Shown: positions 8,852-16,800 of the stretch, piece after piece
How positions within the stretch are numbered: the stretch's first letter is position 1
Layout: each line of letters begins with the position of its first letter
NCBI RefSeq assembly: GCF_000023205.1
Contig: NC_012803.1
Span: 1,110,001 to 1,142,000 of the forward strand
Direction of reading: 5' to 3'
Source: Micrococcus luteus NCTC 2665
Lineage (GTDB): Bacteria > Actinomycetota > Actinomycetes > Actinomycetales > Micrococcaceae
DNA length: 32,000 bases
Position numbers and translations under genes: made by a program
Notes under the pieces: model-generated
Told to the model about the DNA's origin: nothing
The model's database searches: none
What the model saw: only the letters and a program-made list of their open reading frames with translations

Positions 8852-9700
8852 ATGAACACCACCGTCCGACGCGCCCTGTGGGTGGTCCTGTTGCTGCCGT
8901 GCCTGAGCCTCGTGTTCCTCGCGCTGCGCGGGGTGCTGGCGGTCGGCGTCGTGCCGATCAGCGCTGCCCCCACCCTCAGCGCCACGGCGTCCGCGACCCC
9001 GTCGCCGTCGTCCTCAGCACGCTCCACGCCCAGCCCTGCACCGACGGCCACACCGACCCCGTCCTCCGCGGCACCCACGTCGGAGGCGGCGGTTCCCATC
9101 GAGACCCAGGAACCCGCCGGCGCACCCACGCCGTCCGAGGAGCCGACCCCCACCGAGGAGCCAGCCCCCGCCGCGGCCGCCCACCTCTCCGGCCCCGCCG
9201 CCCCGTGGGACGAGATCACGGCGACACCTGTCCACGTGGACGTCCACCAGGACGGCGAGCAGATCGTCGGAGCGGGGATCGACCTCACGCAGTTGGATGA
9301 GGGCGGCGACTTGGACCCGGAGCCACAGACGGTCGGCTGGTACGGCCCGCCGCAGTGGGGCACCACGCCGGGGGAGCGCTCCCAGTACGCGGGGGTCCTG
9401 GCCGGGCACGTCGTCTACTACGGCGTGCGTGACGTGTTCTGGAACCTGGGCGACGTGCGGGCGGGCGCCGTCGTCGTGGTGACGTACGACGACGGCACGC
9501 AGGCCGCCTTCGAGGCGGACGCGGACGCGGTCTCGGTGGAGAAGGAGGCGCTCACCGAGGATCCGGCGAACCGCTGGGCATGGGAGCCGGGGGGCGACGA
9601 TGCGAAGGTCACGCTGATCACGTGCGACCTCGTGCCGGGCACCGGGATGACCGGGAACGCCTTCAACAACTGGGTGGTGCAGGCCACCCGCGTCGCCTGA
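8852..9700 (+). CDS. Sortase, class F-like, membrane anchored
   Basis: N-terminal TM anchor (ALWVVLLLPCLSLVFLAL), a long Pro/Ser/Thr/Ala linker, then a sortase core. The core has catalytic His (GVLAGHVVY), Cys (KVTLITCD) and a distal Arg (VVQATRV). The ATG at 8852 is in frame with the longer track ORF. Confidence 0.8.
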   Translation: MNTTVRRALWVVLLLPCLSLVFLALRGVLAVGVVPISAAPTLSATASATPSPSSSARSTPSPAPTATPTPSSAAPTSEAAVPIETQEPAGAPTPSEEPTPTEEPAPAAAAHLSGPAAPWDEITATPVHVDVHQDGEQIVGAGIDLTQLDEGGDLDPEPQTVGWYGPPQWGTTPGERSQYAGVLAGHVVYYGVRDVFWNLGDVRAGAVVVVTYDDGTQAAFEADADAVSVEKEALTEDPANRWAWEPGGDDAKVTLITCDLVPGTGMTGNAFNNWVVQATRVA

Positions 9701-9822
9701 GGCCGCGGCGGCCCCGGGGCCGGGAGGTCGGAGGGGTACCCTGGGGAGGCCGGGGCGGCCGACCGCGTCGGACCGCCATTGACCCCGTGACCGGGTGACG
9801 ACCGCCGAGAGGACCTGCGCCC

Positions 9823-10893
9823 ATGAGCCGAGCCGACATCGCCCCCGCCCGCGTGCGCCCCCGCCGCTGGAGCGTGGCCGTTGGAGGGGTGCTCCTGAGC
9901 ATCACCCTGGCCACCGGCGGCTGCAGCGTCGCCGAGGAGCCCGGACAGACCGGTGGCACGGAGGCGGGGAACACCTACCTGGAGGGCGTGCTGGCCAGCC
10001 CCAGCCAGACGTCCGCCGACCCGCTCGCGGCGGACATCCAGTTCGCGGGTCTGCTGCTGCGCAACCACCGCGACGCGATCCAGCAGTCCGATCAGGTGCT
10101 GGGCAAGGACGGCGTGGACCAGGAGATCCGGGCCACCGCCGAACGGATGAAGTCCGAGCACGAGGAGCGGGCGGGCCGGCTCGAGTCGATGCTCGAGGGC
10201 TGGGGCGTCCCCTCGGATGACGTGCGCGCTGCGGGTGCCGAGTCGACCCCGTCTGCGCAGCCCGAGTCCACGGAGGACGCGGAGCCGACCCAGATCGTGG
10301 GCGACGAGCTGCGCGCCGGACTCATGTCCGACCGGGAGAAGAACGTGCTGGCCGCCGCCGAGCCGGAGGAGGCAGGACGGATCTACCTGCTCCAGATGCG
10401 CCGCCTCTATCAGGGCGCGCTGACGATCTCCGCCACGGAGGCGGAGGACGGCTCGGACGACGCGGCCAAGGAGCTGGCCTCCAGCGTGGTCGAGGGCCAC
10501 CGCAAGGAGCTGGAGAGTTTGGCCGCGACGCTCGGGGAGATGGGCGTGATCGGGTCGAGCGGGGCGCGCACGGCGGAACCGTCCGGGTTCACCGGCCCCA
10601 TCAAGATCGAGGGCACCGGCGCCGACGGCGGCTCCGTCCCCTCGGACTTCGTCCCGGAGCCGGTGCAGCGGGTGCGCAACTTCCGCGCCACCCAGAAGCC
10701 GGTGCTGCCGTCGTCGAACTCGCCCAGTTCCTCCAGCGCTTCGGGCTCCGCCAGCGCGTCCGGCCGGGACGCCGAGGACCAGCGGGGGCGGGACGCCGCA
10801 TCGGCGAGCCCGTCGCCCAGCCCGGCCGACACGGCGCAGGCCACCCCGCGCCCCTCCTCCGGGGCAAGCCCCTCGCCCAGCGCATCCCGCTGA
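9823..10893 (+). CDS. Probable lipoprotein with a DUF305-like (two-repeat helical) domain and a long Ser/Pro/Ala-rich tail
   Basis: Signal peptide with the lipobox-like sequence LSITLATGGC. Two internal helical repeats (DIQFAGLLLRNHRDAIQQSD... and RIYLLQMRRLYQGALTIS...) resemble the DxxF...MxxHHxxAI repeats of DUF305. GAGAGGA lies upstream of ATG 9823. Confidence 0.55.
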   Translation: MSRADIAPARVRPRRWSVAVGGVLLSITLATGGCSVAEEPGQTGGTEAGNTYLEGVLASPSQTSADPLAADIQFAGLLLRNHRDAIQQSDQVLGKDGVDQEIRATAERMKSEHEERAGRLESMLEGWGVPSDDVRAAGAESTPSAQPESTEDAEPTQIVGDELRAGLMSDREKNVLAAAEPEEAGRIYLLQMRRLYQGALTISATEAEDGSDDAAKELASSVVEGHRKELESLAATLGEMGVIGSSGARTAEPSGFTGPIKIEGTGADGGSVPSDFVPEPVQRVRNFRATQKPVLPSSNSPSSSSASGSASASGRDAEDQRGRDAASASPSPSPADTAQATPRPSSGASPSPSASR

Positions 10894-11099
10894 CGCGCCG
10901 CGTCGGCAGGACGGCCCGATCCGCATCGGGCGACGCCGTGACCGAGCCGATAGCGCTTCGTCACCGGACAGTGACCCGCCTCACGTCCGTGCGGCGTAGA
11001 TTCGTGCCGACGCGGCGAGTGCGGCATCCGGCCGACCTCGGGCGTCCGGGCCGGGGAACCTTTCGGCCCGTCGCAGCACCGCACCCCTGGAGGAGCACG

Positions 11100-12176
11100 A
11101 TGCGCACCGCCCGACCGACCCGCCTTGCCGCCGCCCTGGGCGCCGGCGTCCTTCTCACCGGCGTGGGGGCGACCCCCGCCCTCGCCTCACCCGCCCACCC
11201 CGCTGGATGGACCGCCGAGCACGGCCTCCCCGGCGGGTCCTTCCTCGTGGCCAGCGCGGAGGGTGAGACCGGTGCCTCCTTCGGCACCGAGTTCGAGGTG
11301 GACGAGTCCGACGTCCGCCTGACGGTGGCTCCGGCGCTGGAGGGGGAGGCCCGCGGCGCCGAGACCGAGGTCCCGTTCACGTACGACGACGAGTTGGAGC
11401 GCGGTGACTTCGACGTCGCCGCGGCCCGGCGGAGCCTGGGCGAGTCGGGGACCGGTCCCGTCGTCTACACCCTCTATGTCCTGGGCGGCGAGGTGGCGGC
11501 CCTCACCTACGGCCCGGACGCCGACCTCACCGGCGCTGACCCGGGCGAGCCGCTGCGCGCCGACCAGCGTCATGAACTCGGCTTCCACATGCTCCCCACC
11601 GCCTGGGACACCACCCTGCTCGCGGCGGCGGGGGAGCGACACGTGTTCATCTCCTCGTACACGGGCGATGAGGCGGCGCCACTGACGCTCGTCGCGGGCC
11701 CGGCCGGGGGCCGGGTCGTCGAGGTGACGGAGGAGGAGACCGGCGGGCCGCGCGGCTACGTGTACCAGGCGCCCGAGGGCTTCACCGGATCCGATACCGT
11801 CACCCTGCGGGCCACGAGGGACGGCGTCACGACGACGCGGACGGTGACCGTGCGGTTCGGCGACCCCCGCGTGGACCTCTACGACTGGGAGAACGGGCGG
11901 ATCCCGGGGTTCGTGACCTTCCCCGTGGCCGGCCTGTTCGACGACGCTGCAGCTCCGGGCCAGCCGGCCGATCTCGGCACCCCCACCTCGCCGGTGGAGC
12001 TCGAGACCCCCACCTCGCCGGTGGAGCCCGAGACCCCCGCGGAGCCGGCCGAGGGCGAGCACACGGTGCCGGACGCGGTCGAGACCGGGCGTGGTCCGGC
12101 GGCGTGGCCCGCCGCCGTCGCGGTGCTGGCCGCGGGCGTCCTGGCCGTGGTGCGCCGGCACCGCGTCGCGGCCTGA
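11100..12176 (+). CDS. Secreted surface protein with an Ig-like repeat region and an AVETG sorting-signal-like C-terminus
   Basis: Start set at MRTARPTRLAAALGAGVLLTGVGATPALA (signal peptide), with GGAGGAG upstream. The block GYVYQAPEGFTGSDTVTLRATRDGVTTTRTVTVRF is typical of bacterial Ig/cadherin-like domains. The C-terminus is PDAVETGRGPAAWPAAVAVLAAGVLAVVRRHRVAA. Confidence 0.7.
   Translation: MRTARPTRLAAALGAGVLLTGVGATPALASPAHPAGWTAEHGLPGGSFLVASAEGETGASFGTEFEVDESDVRLTVAPALEGEARGAETEVPFTYDDELERGDFDVAAARRSLGESGTGPVVYTLYVLGGEVAALTYGPDADLTGADPGEPLRADQRHELGFHMLPTAWDTTLLAAAGERHVFISSYTGDEAAPLTLVAGPAGGRVVEVTEEETGGPRGYVYQAPEGFTGSDTVTLRATRDGVTTTRTVTVRFGDPRVDLYDWENGRIPGFVTFPVAGLFDDAAAPGQPADLGTPTSPVELETPTSPVEPETPAEPAEGEHTVPDAVETGRGPAAWPAAVAVLAAGVLAVVRRHRVAA
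11979..12038 (+). repeat. 27-bp (9-codon) tandem repeat inside the surface protein gene
   Basis: Unit ACCCCCACCTCGCCGGTGGAGCYCGAG occurs at 11979-12005 and 12006-12032 (one T/C difference), plus a partial third unit. It encodes TPTSPVELE / TPTSPVEPE / TP.... Confidence 0.7.
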
Positions 12177-12185
12177 CCGCTCCGG

Positions 12186-12491
12186 TCAGCGGGGCGCGAG
12201 CAACGCGCTCTTCTCCGGGTGCTCGTCGAACCACTGGGCGACGTACCAGCACATCGGCACGATGCGGCGGCCCCCTGCGGGGCCGCCGTTCGTCTCGATG
12301 TCCGCGACTGCGCCGGCGGTCAGCGTGGCGGCGTGGCCCTGGCCGCGGTGCACGGGGATGGTGAACGCCCGGTTCAGGGAGACGGCCGCGCCGTTGTCCC
12401 GGAAGTCGAGGACGGCGAGCAGGGTGCCGCCGTCGTGGAGCTCATACCGGGACTCGGCGTCATTGCGGGTGACGGTGGGGGAGGTGCTCAT
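12186..12491 (-). CDS. Small GNAT-like N-acetyltransferase-domain protein (YjdJ-type)
   Basis: 101-aa product MSTSPTVTRNDAESRYELHDGGTLLAVLDFRDNG...IPVHRGQGHAATLTAGAVADIETNG...VPMCWYVAQWFDEHPE. The R/Q-G-x-G motif followed by a C-terminal PxCxY...W block is characteristic of this small GNAT-like family. The start is set at the internal ATG 12491. Confidence 0.6.
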   Translation of the reverse strand: MSTSPTVTRNDAESRYELHDGGTLLAVLDFRDNGAAVSLNRAFTIPVHRGQGHAATLTAGAVADIETNGGPAGGRRIVPMCWYVAQWFDEHPEKSALLAPR

Positions 12492-12614
12492 GCCGGGGCA
12501 ACCCCCGGTGGTGGCGGGGTATTCCGACGCCGGCCGACTGCCGTGGCTTAACCCGTCCGGCCTCTCCCGTTGACTTTGCGGCATCACAGGTGGCAAGTGA
12601 GTGGGAGGGATTCA

Positions 12615-13859
12615 ATGCACGACGCCATGATGTTTTCCAGTGTGTCCCTATTGTGGGCAGGTCTATTCACACTGTCACGACGAGTGGAGCTTGCCGGGCT
12701 CCGGGATGGGCAGGGTGAAAGGGTTTGGTCCGGGCGGGGTGGCATGGTCCTCGCGATCGGTCTGGTCGTGGGGATGACCGGACTTCTCGTGGGCTCCGAG
12801 AACGTTGTTGCAATGGTGTTCTGCGGTCTTGGTCTCCTTCTGCTCGGGTGCTCGTTCCTCCTGATTCTCGTCATGCCCAAGGCCTCACAGCTGAGCGGTG
12901 AGGTGCAATGGCGACGAATCGTCAAGCACCGCCTACAGCATCGACTTTCCGCATTCCGACACGCGGGGCGTGAGTGGTGGCAGGCGATGTCGCGCCCGGC
13001 CATAGCGGGTGGAACGGCAGTAGCCCGTGGGCGCGTGAAGCGGCACGGGCCATCTCTGGAACCGCTGCTGTTCTTGGCCATCGTGTTGCTGGCGGGGGTT
13101 GTGGCACTTAGCGGCATGCTGTCGACATTGGTCCGCCTCTTCGATCCGCGGAATGGGGTAAACACCGCCATCGCTGGGACCGCGTTGGCGACCGCTTGGA
13201 TGGTGCTCCTGGGGCTTACCTTGTGGGCCCTCACCGTCACCTTGATCTTGGCGGTGATCGTGGGGCAGTGGCGGCCCGCGTACCGGGCCCATGTGCTTTC
13301 CGCCGTACAGGCGACAGTCGCCGGCACGGGTGCCGGTGCCGCCGTCGGGATATGTGCTGCTGTCATGGCGCCGGTCGGGTGCTACGCGGTCCAGGCGGCA
13401 GGAGTGGCGCGGATTTGGGACTGCCAGACTGCTTCGGTGGACCTCGGGGTGAGCCACATCCTGATGGTCAGCAGTTTCTTCAGTCTCTTCGGATTCATGG
13501 CCGGAAGTGTGCTCGGGACGACAAGCCTCATGGCCTGGCGAGGACGGCCCGCGTGGACGCGGATCGTCTACCCGTCGGTCTACCTCACGGTGTGGGGGCT
13601 GGTCCTGGCCACGGCCTCGCCTCGATCGATCCTGGAAGCGATTTCACAGGAGTCTGTGTCCACTGGGGTACCGGACATGTCACTGACGCGGGACCAACGC
13701 TTTGGTCAGGCTGGCGGTGACGCATGGCGGGTCGCCGTCGTCGAGATGAAAGAGGCAGGCGCGTGGCCGGTGGCGCCCGAGGCGGGGGCCCTCTGGTGGT
13801 GGAGTGCAGGTGTGGTGGTCCTTGCGCTCGTGTACCAAGTACGGGCGGAAGTTCTCTAG
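12615..13859 (+). CDS. Orphan polytopic membrane protein (about 10 hydrophobic segments), C-terminus truncated by transposon insertion
   Basis: ORF with GGGAGGG 5 nt upstream of ATG 12615. It has many hydrophobic helices and no motif I recognise. G+C and GC3 bias are visibly lower than in the neighbours, with frequent CTA, TTG, TCA, CGA, CTT and GGT codons. The stop codon TAG (13857-13859) is formed by TA of the target plus the first G of the IS end. Confidence 0.6.
   Translation: MHDAMMFSSVSLLWAGLFTLSRRVELAGLRDGQGERVWSGRGGMVLAIGLVVGMTGLLVGSENVVAMVFCGLGLLLLGCSFLLILVMPKASQLSGEVQWRRIVKHRLQHRLSAFRHAGREWWQAMSRPAIAGGTAVARGRVKRHGPSLEPLLFLAIVLLAGVVALSGMLSTLVRLFDPRNGVNTAIAGTALATAWMVLLGLTLWALTVTLILAVIVGQWRPAYRAHVLSAVQATVAGTGAGAAVGICAAVMAPVGCYAVQAAGVARIWDCQTASVDLGVSHILMVSSFFSLFGFMAGSVLGTTSLMAWRGRPAWTRIVYPSVYLTVWGLVLATASPRSILEAISQESVSTGVPDMSLTRDQRFGQAGGDAWRVAVVEMKEAGAWPVAPEAGALWWWSAGVVVLALVYQVRAEVL
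13851..13858. repeat. Left copy of the 8-bp target-site duplication GTTCTCTA flanking the composite transposon
   Basis: GTTCTCTA lies immediately outside the left IS terminus and is identical, in direct orientation, to 18753-18760. Confidence 0.75.
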
Positions 13860-13899
13860 GGTGAGTCCAATAGCGTGGTGTCAATTCCCGCGGGGTTCT

Positions 13900-13907
13900 C
13901 GTCGTCG
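13900..13907. repeat. Left copy of the 8-bp target duplication CGTCGTCG made by ISa
   Basis: CGTCGTCG directly abuts the ISa left end. The same octamer abuts the right end at 15342-15349. The uninterrupted ISb copy 2 has it only once (18704-18711, reverse complement). Confidence 0.8.
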
Positions 13908-15341
13908 GGGCGTGTCAACTTGTCTGTGTAAGCGGGGTGGTCACAGGTAGGGGTTGATCCGGTCGGGGTAGGCCGCGGCGAGCTGGGCGAGGGCCTGCTT
14001 CCAGTTCGTGACGGCCTGGCCTTCGACGAGCCGGCCCTGGGCTTTGCGCTGGCCGGCGGGTTTGCCCCGGTCCCGAGCGCGTTCGGCGGCGCGTTTGTCT
14101 TCGATGTTGCAGATCGCCAGCCAGAGCAGCTTCACCGCCGCCTCGGTCGAGGGGAAGTGGCCGCGGTTCTTGGTCACCTTCCGTAGCTGGAAGTTCAGCG
14201 ACTCGATGCTGTTGGTCGTGTAGATGACCTTGCGGAGCATGGGTGGGAACTGCAGGAACGGGATGAACCGCTCCCAGGAGTTCGCCCAGGTCGCGGCTGC
14301 AGACGGGTACTTCGTGCCGAGCTCGGAGGCCTCGAACTCGGCCAGCGCCTTCCTCGCGGTCTCTTCGTTGGGGGCAGTGTAGATCGGCTTCAGCGCGGCG
14401 GCGACCTTCTTGCGGTCCTGGTAGGCCACGAACCGCATCGCGGCCCGGATCAGGTGAACCACGCAGGTCTGGACCATCGAGTCCGGCCACGTCGCCTCGA
14501 TCGCCTCCGGCAGGCCCTTGAGCCCGTCGCAGCACACGATCAGCACGTCCTGTACGCCCCGGTTGGCGAGATCGGCGCAGACGTGGGCCCAGAACGCCGA
14601 GCCCTCGGTGTCCTGGACCCAGATCCCCAGCACGTGCTTGATGCCCTCGAGGTCCACGCCGACGGCGATGTAGGCGGCACGGTTGAGGACCTGGCTGTTC
14701 TCTCGGATCTTGATCCGGATTGCGTCGAGATAGATCACCGGATAGAACTCCTCCAGCGGCCGCGACTGCCACGCCAGGACCTCTTCGCTCACGGCGTCGG
14801 TGATGTTGGAGATCGTCTCGTGCGACAGGTCCGTGCCGATCGTGGAGGCCAGGTGGTGCTGGATGTCCCGGATCGTCATTCCGCCGGCATAGAGGCTGAT
14901 GATCATGTCATCCAGGCCCCCGAGGCGCCGCTGGCCCTTGGGCACCAGGCGCGGGGTGAACGACCCGCCCCGGTCTCGCGGGACGTCCAGCTCGATCGGC
15001 CCGACCTCGGACTCCACGGTCTTCGGGGTGGTCCCGTTGCGGGAGTTGGCGTGCTTCGGCGCCTCGCTCGAGCCCTTCTCGTAGCCCAGATGGCTGGTCA
15101 GCTCGGCCTGCAGGCCCCGCTCGAGCGCGGCCTTGACCAGCGCGGGCACGAACCCGCCGTCACCGGTGAGCTCGACGCCGCCCGCGTCGATCTGCGCGAA
15201 TAGGGAATCAAGCTGCCCTGAGGCTTTCAGCTGCTCGACCAGGTCCTGGCCCGAGGGCTCGCCTGGGTTCTTCTCGTCGGTCATGGTCATGATTCTTACC
15301 GTTCCTCTCGGTACGGCTTACACAGACCATCTGACACGCCC
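13908..15341 (-). mobile_element. ISa, a 1434-bp IS256-family insertion sequence nested in ISb copy 1
   Basis: Imperfect 26-bp terminal inverted repeats: GGGCGTGTCAACTTGTCTGTGTAAGC (13908-13933) and the reverse complement of 15316-15341, GGGCGTGTCAGATGGTCTGTGTAAGC (3 mismatches). It has a single transposase ORF and an 8-bp TSD. Confidence 0.85.
13941..15290 (-). CDS. IS256-family (Mutator-type) transposase of ISa
   Basis: 449 aa with typical IS256-family blocks: GFVPALVKAALERGLQAELTSHLGY, RNGTTPKTV, VPRDRGGSF.P.LVPK, YPVIYLDAI, CCDGLKGLPEAI, QTCVVHLIR and TTNSIESLN. Confidence 0.9.
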   Translation of the reverse strand: MTMTDEKNPGEPSGQDLVEQLKASGQLDSLFAQIDAGGVELTGDGGFVPALVKAALERGLQAELTSHLGYEKGSSEAPKHANSRNGTTPKTVESEVGPIELDVPRDRGGSFTPRLVPKGQRRLGGLDDMIISLYAGGMTIRDIQHHLASTIGTDLSHETISNITDAVSEEVLAWQSRPLEEFYPVIYLDAIRIKIRENSQVLNRAAYIAVGVDLEGIKHVLGIWVQDTEGSAFWAHVCADLANRGVQDVLIVCCDGLKGLPEAIEATWPDSMVQTCVVHLIRAAMRFVAYQDRKKVAAALKPIYTAPNEETARKALAEFEASELGTKYPSAAATWANSWERFIPFLQFPPMLRKVIYTTNSIESLNFQLRKVTKNRGHFPSTEAAVKLLWLAICNIEDKRAAERARDRGKPAGQRKAQGRLVEGQAVTNWKQALAQLAAAYPDRINPYL

Positions 15342-15349
15342 CGTCGTCG
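15342..15349. repeat. Right copy of the ISa target duplication CGTCGTCG
   Basis: See 13900-13907. Confidence 0.8.
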
Positions 15350-15417
15350 TAGACGGTGAAGGGCCATCGTGGGATGACCAGTTGTTTCCGCCAAGAAGCA
15401 AGAAGAGTGATCCCACG

Positions 15418-16686
15418 ATGACCCACAACCAGTCTGCCCTGACGACCCTGATCGGCGAAGTCCTCGCCGACCCCGACCTGGCCCACTCGGACGTGTTCCG
15501 GCGAATGCTGCAGGCCGGCCTGCAAGACCTGATCAACGCGGAAGCGACCGTGAAGATCGGCGCGGCCCGTTACGAGCGCACCCCGGAGCGGACCACCCGC
15601 CGTAACGGCACCCGGCCGAAGACCCTCGCGACCCCGGCCGGGGAGGTGGACCTTCAGATCCCGAAGCTGCGGGAGGGGTCGTTCTTCCCCTCGCTGCTGA
15701 GCCCGCGCCGCCGGGTCGACAAGGCGCTCTACGCGGTGATCTGTCAGGCCTGGATCGACGGCGTCTCGACCCGCAAGGTCGATCAGCTGGTGCGGGCGCT
15801 CGGCAACGACACCGGCATCAGCCGGTCGACGGTGTCGCGGATCTGCGGTGAGATCGACGAGGCGGTGCAGGAGTTCCTTTCCCGCCGGATCGATCACACT
15901 TGGTTCCCGTACCTGTTCCTCGACGCGACCTACCTCGACGTCCGCCACCGCGGCCGGGTCGCCTCGCAGGCCCTCGTCGTCGCCACCGGCGTGAGCGGCG
16001 AGGGCAGGCGGGAGATCCTCGGGATGGCGCTCGGTGACGCGGAGACCACCGACTTCTGGACCGAGTTCCTCCGCAGCCTCCGCGACCGCGGCCTGAAGGT
16101 CGCCACCGACGCCGACCCGCTCGGGGTTGCCCTGGTCACGTCCGACGCGCACGCCGGCATCAAGGCCGCGGTGAAAGCGATCCTGCCCGGCTCGGGGTGG
16201 CAACGATGCCGAGTGCATTTCGCGCGCAACGTGACCCAGAAGCTCGGCTCAGCACGCTCCAAGCCGGTCAACGCGCTGATCTCCACGATCTTCGCGCAGA
16301 CCACCCCCGAAGCGGTGATCGCGCAGTATCACCAGGTCACCGACAGTCTGCGCGGCTCGTTCCCCGAGATCACCGCCATGCTCGAGGCCGCCGAGCCGGA
16401 CCTCACCGGGTTCGCCCCGCTGCCCCGGGAGCACTGGCAGAAGGTCTGGTCCAACAACCCCATCGAGCGCCTCAACCGCGAGATCAAACGCCGCGCCGAC
16501 GTCGTCCAGATCTTCCCCGACCGCGACTCCGTGACCCGCCTGATCGGCGCGGTCCTCCAGGAACAACACGAGGAATGGCAATACGGCGAACGCCGCTACT
16601 TCTCCGACATCTCGATGCGCAAACTCGTCCACACCCTGCACGAACACACCGAACCCGCCCGCCCCGAGCTCTACCTCACCGCCTGA
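15418..16686 (+). CDS. IS256-family transposase of ISb, copy 1
   Basis: 422 aa starting MTHNQSALTTLIGEVL. Blocks: RNGTRPKTLATPAGEVDLQIPKLREGSFFPSLL, YLFLDATYLDVR, TSDAHAGIKAAV, WQRCRVHFARN and SNNPIERLNREIKRR. The translation is identical to that of 17367-18635. Confidence 0.9.
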   Translation: MTHNQSALTTLIGEVLADPDLAHSDVFRRMLQAGLQDLINAEATVKIGAARYERTPERTTRRNGTRPKTLATPAGEVDLQIPKLREGSFFPSLLSPRRRVDKALYAVICQAWIDGVSTRKVDQLVRALGNDTGISRSTVSRICGEIDEAVQEFLSRRIDHTWFPYLFLDATYLDVRHRGRVASQALVVATGVSGEGRREILGMALGDAETTDFWTEFLRSLRDRGLKVATDADPLGVALVTSDAHAGIKAAVKAILPGSGWQRCRVHFARNVTQKLGSARSKPVNALISTIFAQTTPEAVIAQYHQVTDSLRGSFPEITAMLEAAEPDLTGFAPLPREHWQKVWSNNPIERLNREIKRRADVVQIFPDRDSVTRLIGAVLQEQHEEWQYGERRYFSDISMRKLVHTLHEHTEPARPELYLTA

Positions 16687-16800
16687 CCACCACCCACCCA
16701 CAGGGAACAACGGAATGACACCACGCCACGGGACTTGACCCCCGCTGACGCAGTGCTGGACCTGCCACGCGCAACCCGAATCGAGGTCTTGTCCGGCACG

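Larger units (their letters stand above)
13859..16740 (+). mobile_element. ISb copy 1 (IS256 family), interrupted 49 nt from its outer end by ISa
   Basis: 13873-13907 plus 15342-16740 are collinear and identical with copy 2 read in reverse complement. The outermost 14 nt (13859-13872) diverge from the consensus terminus. Confidence 0.8.
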
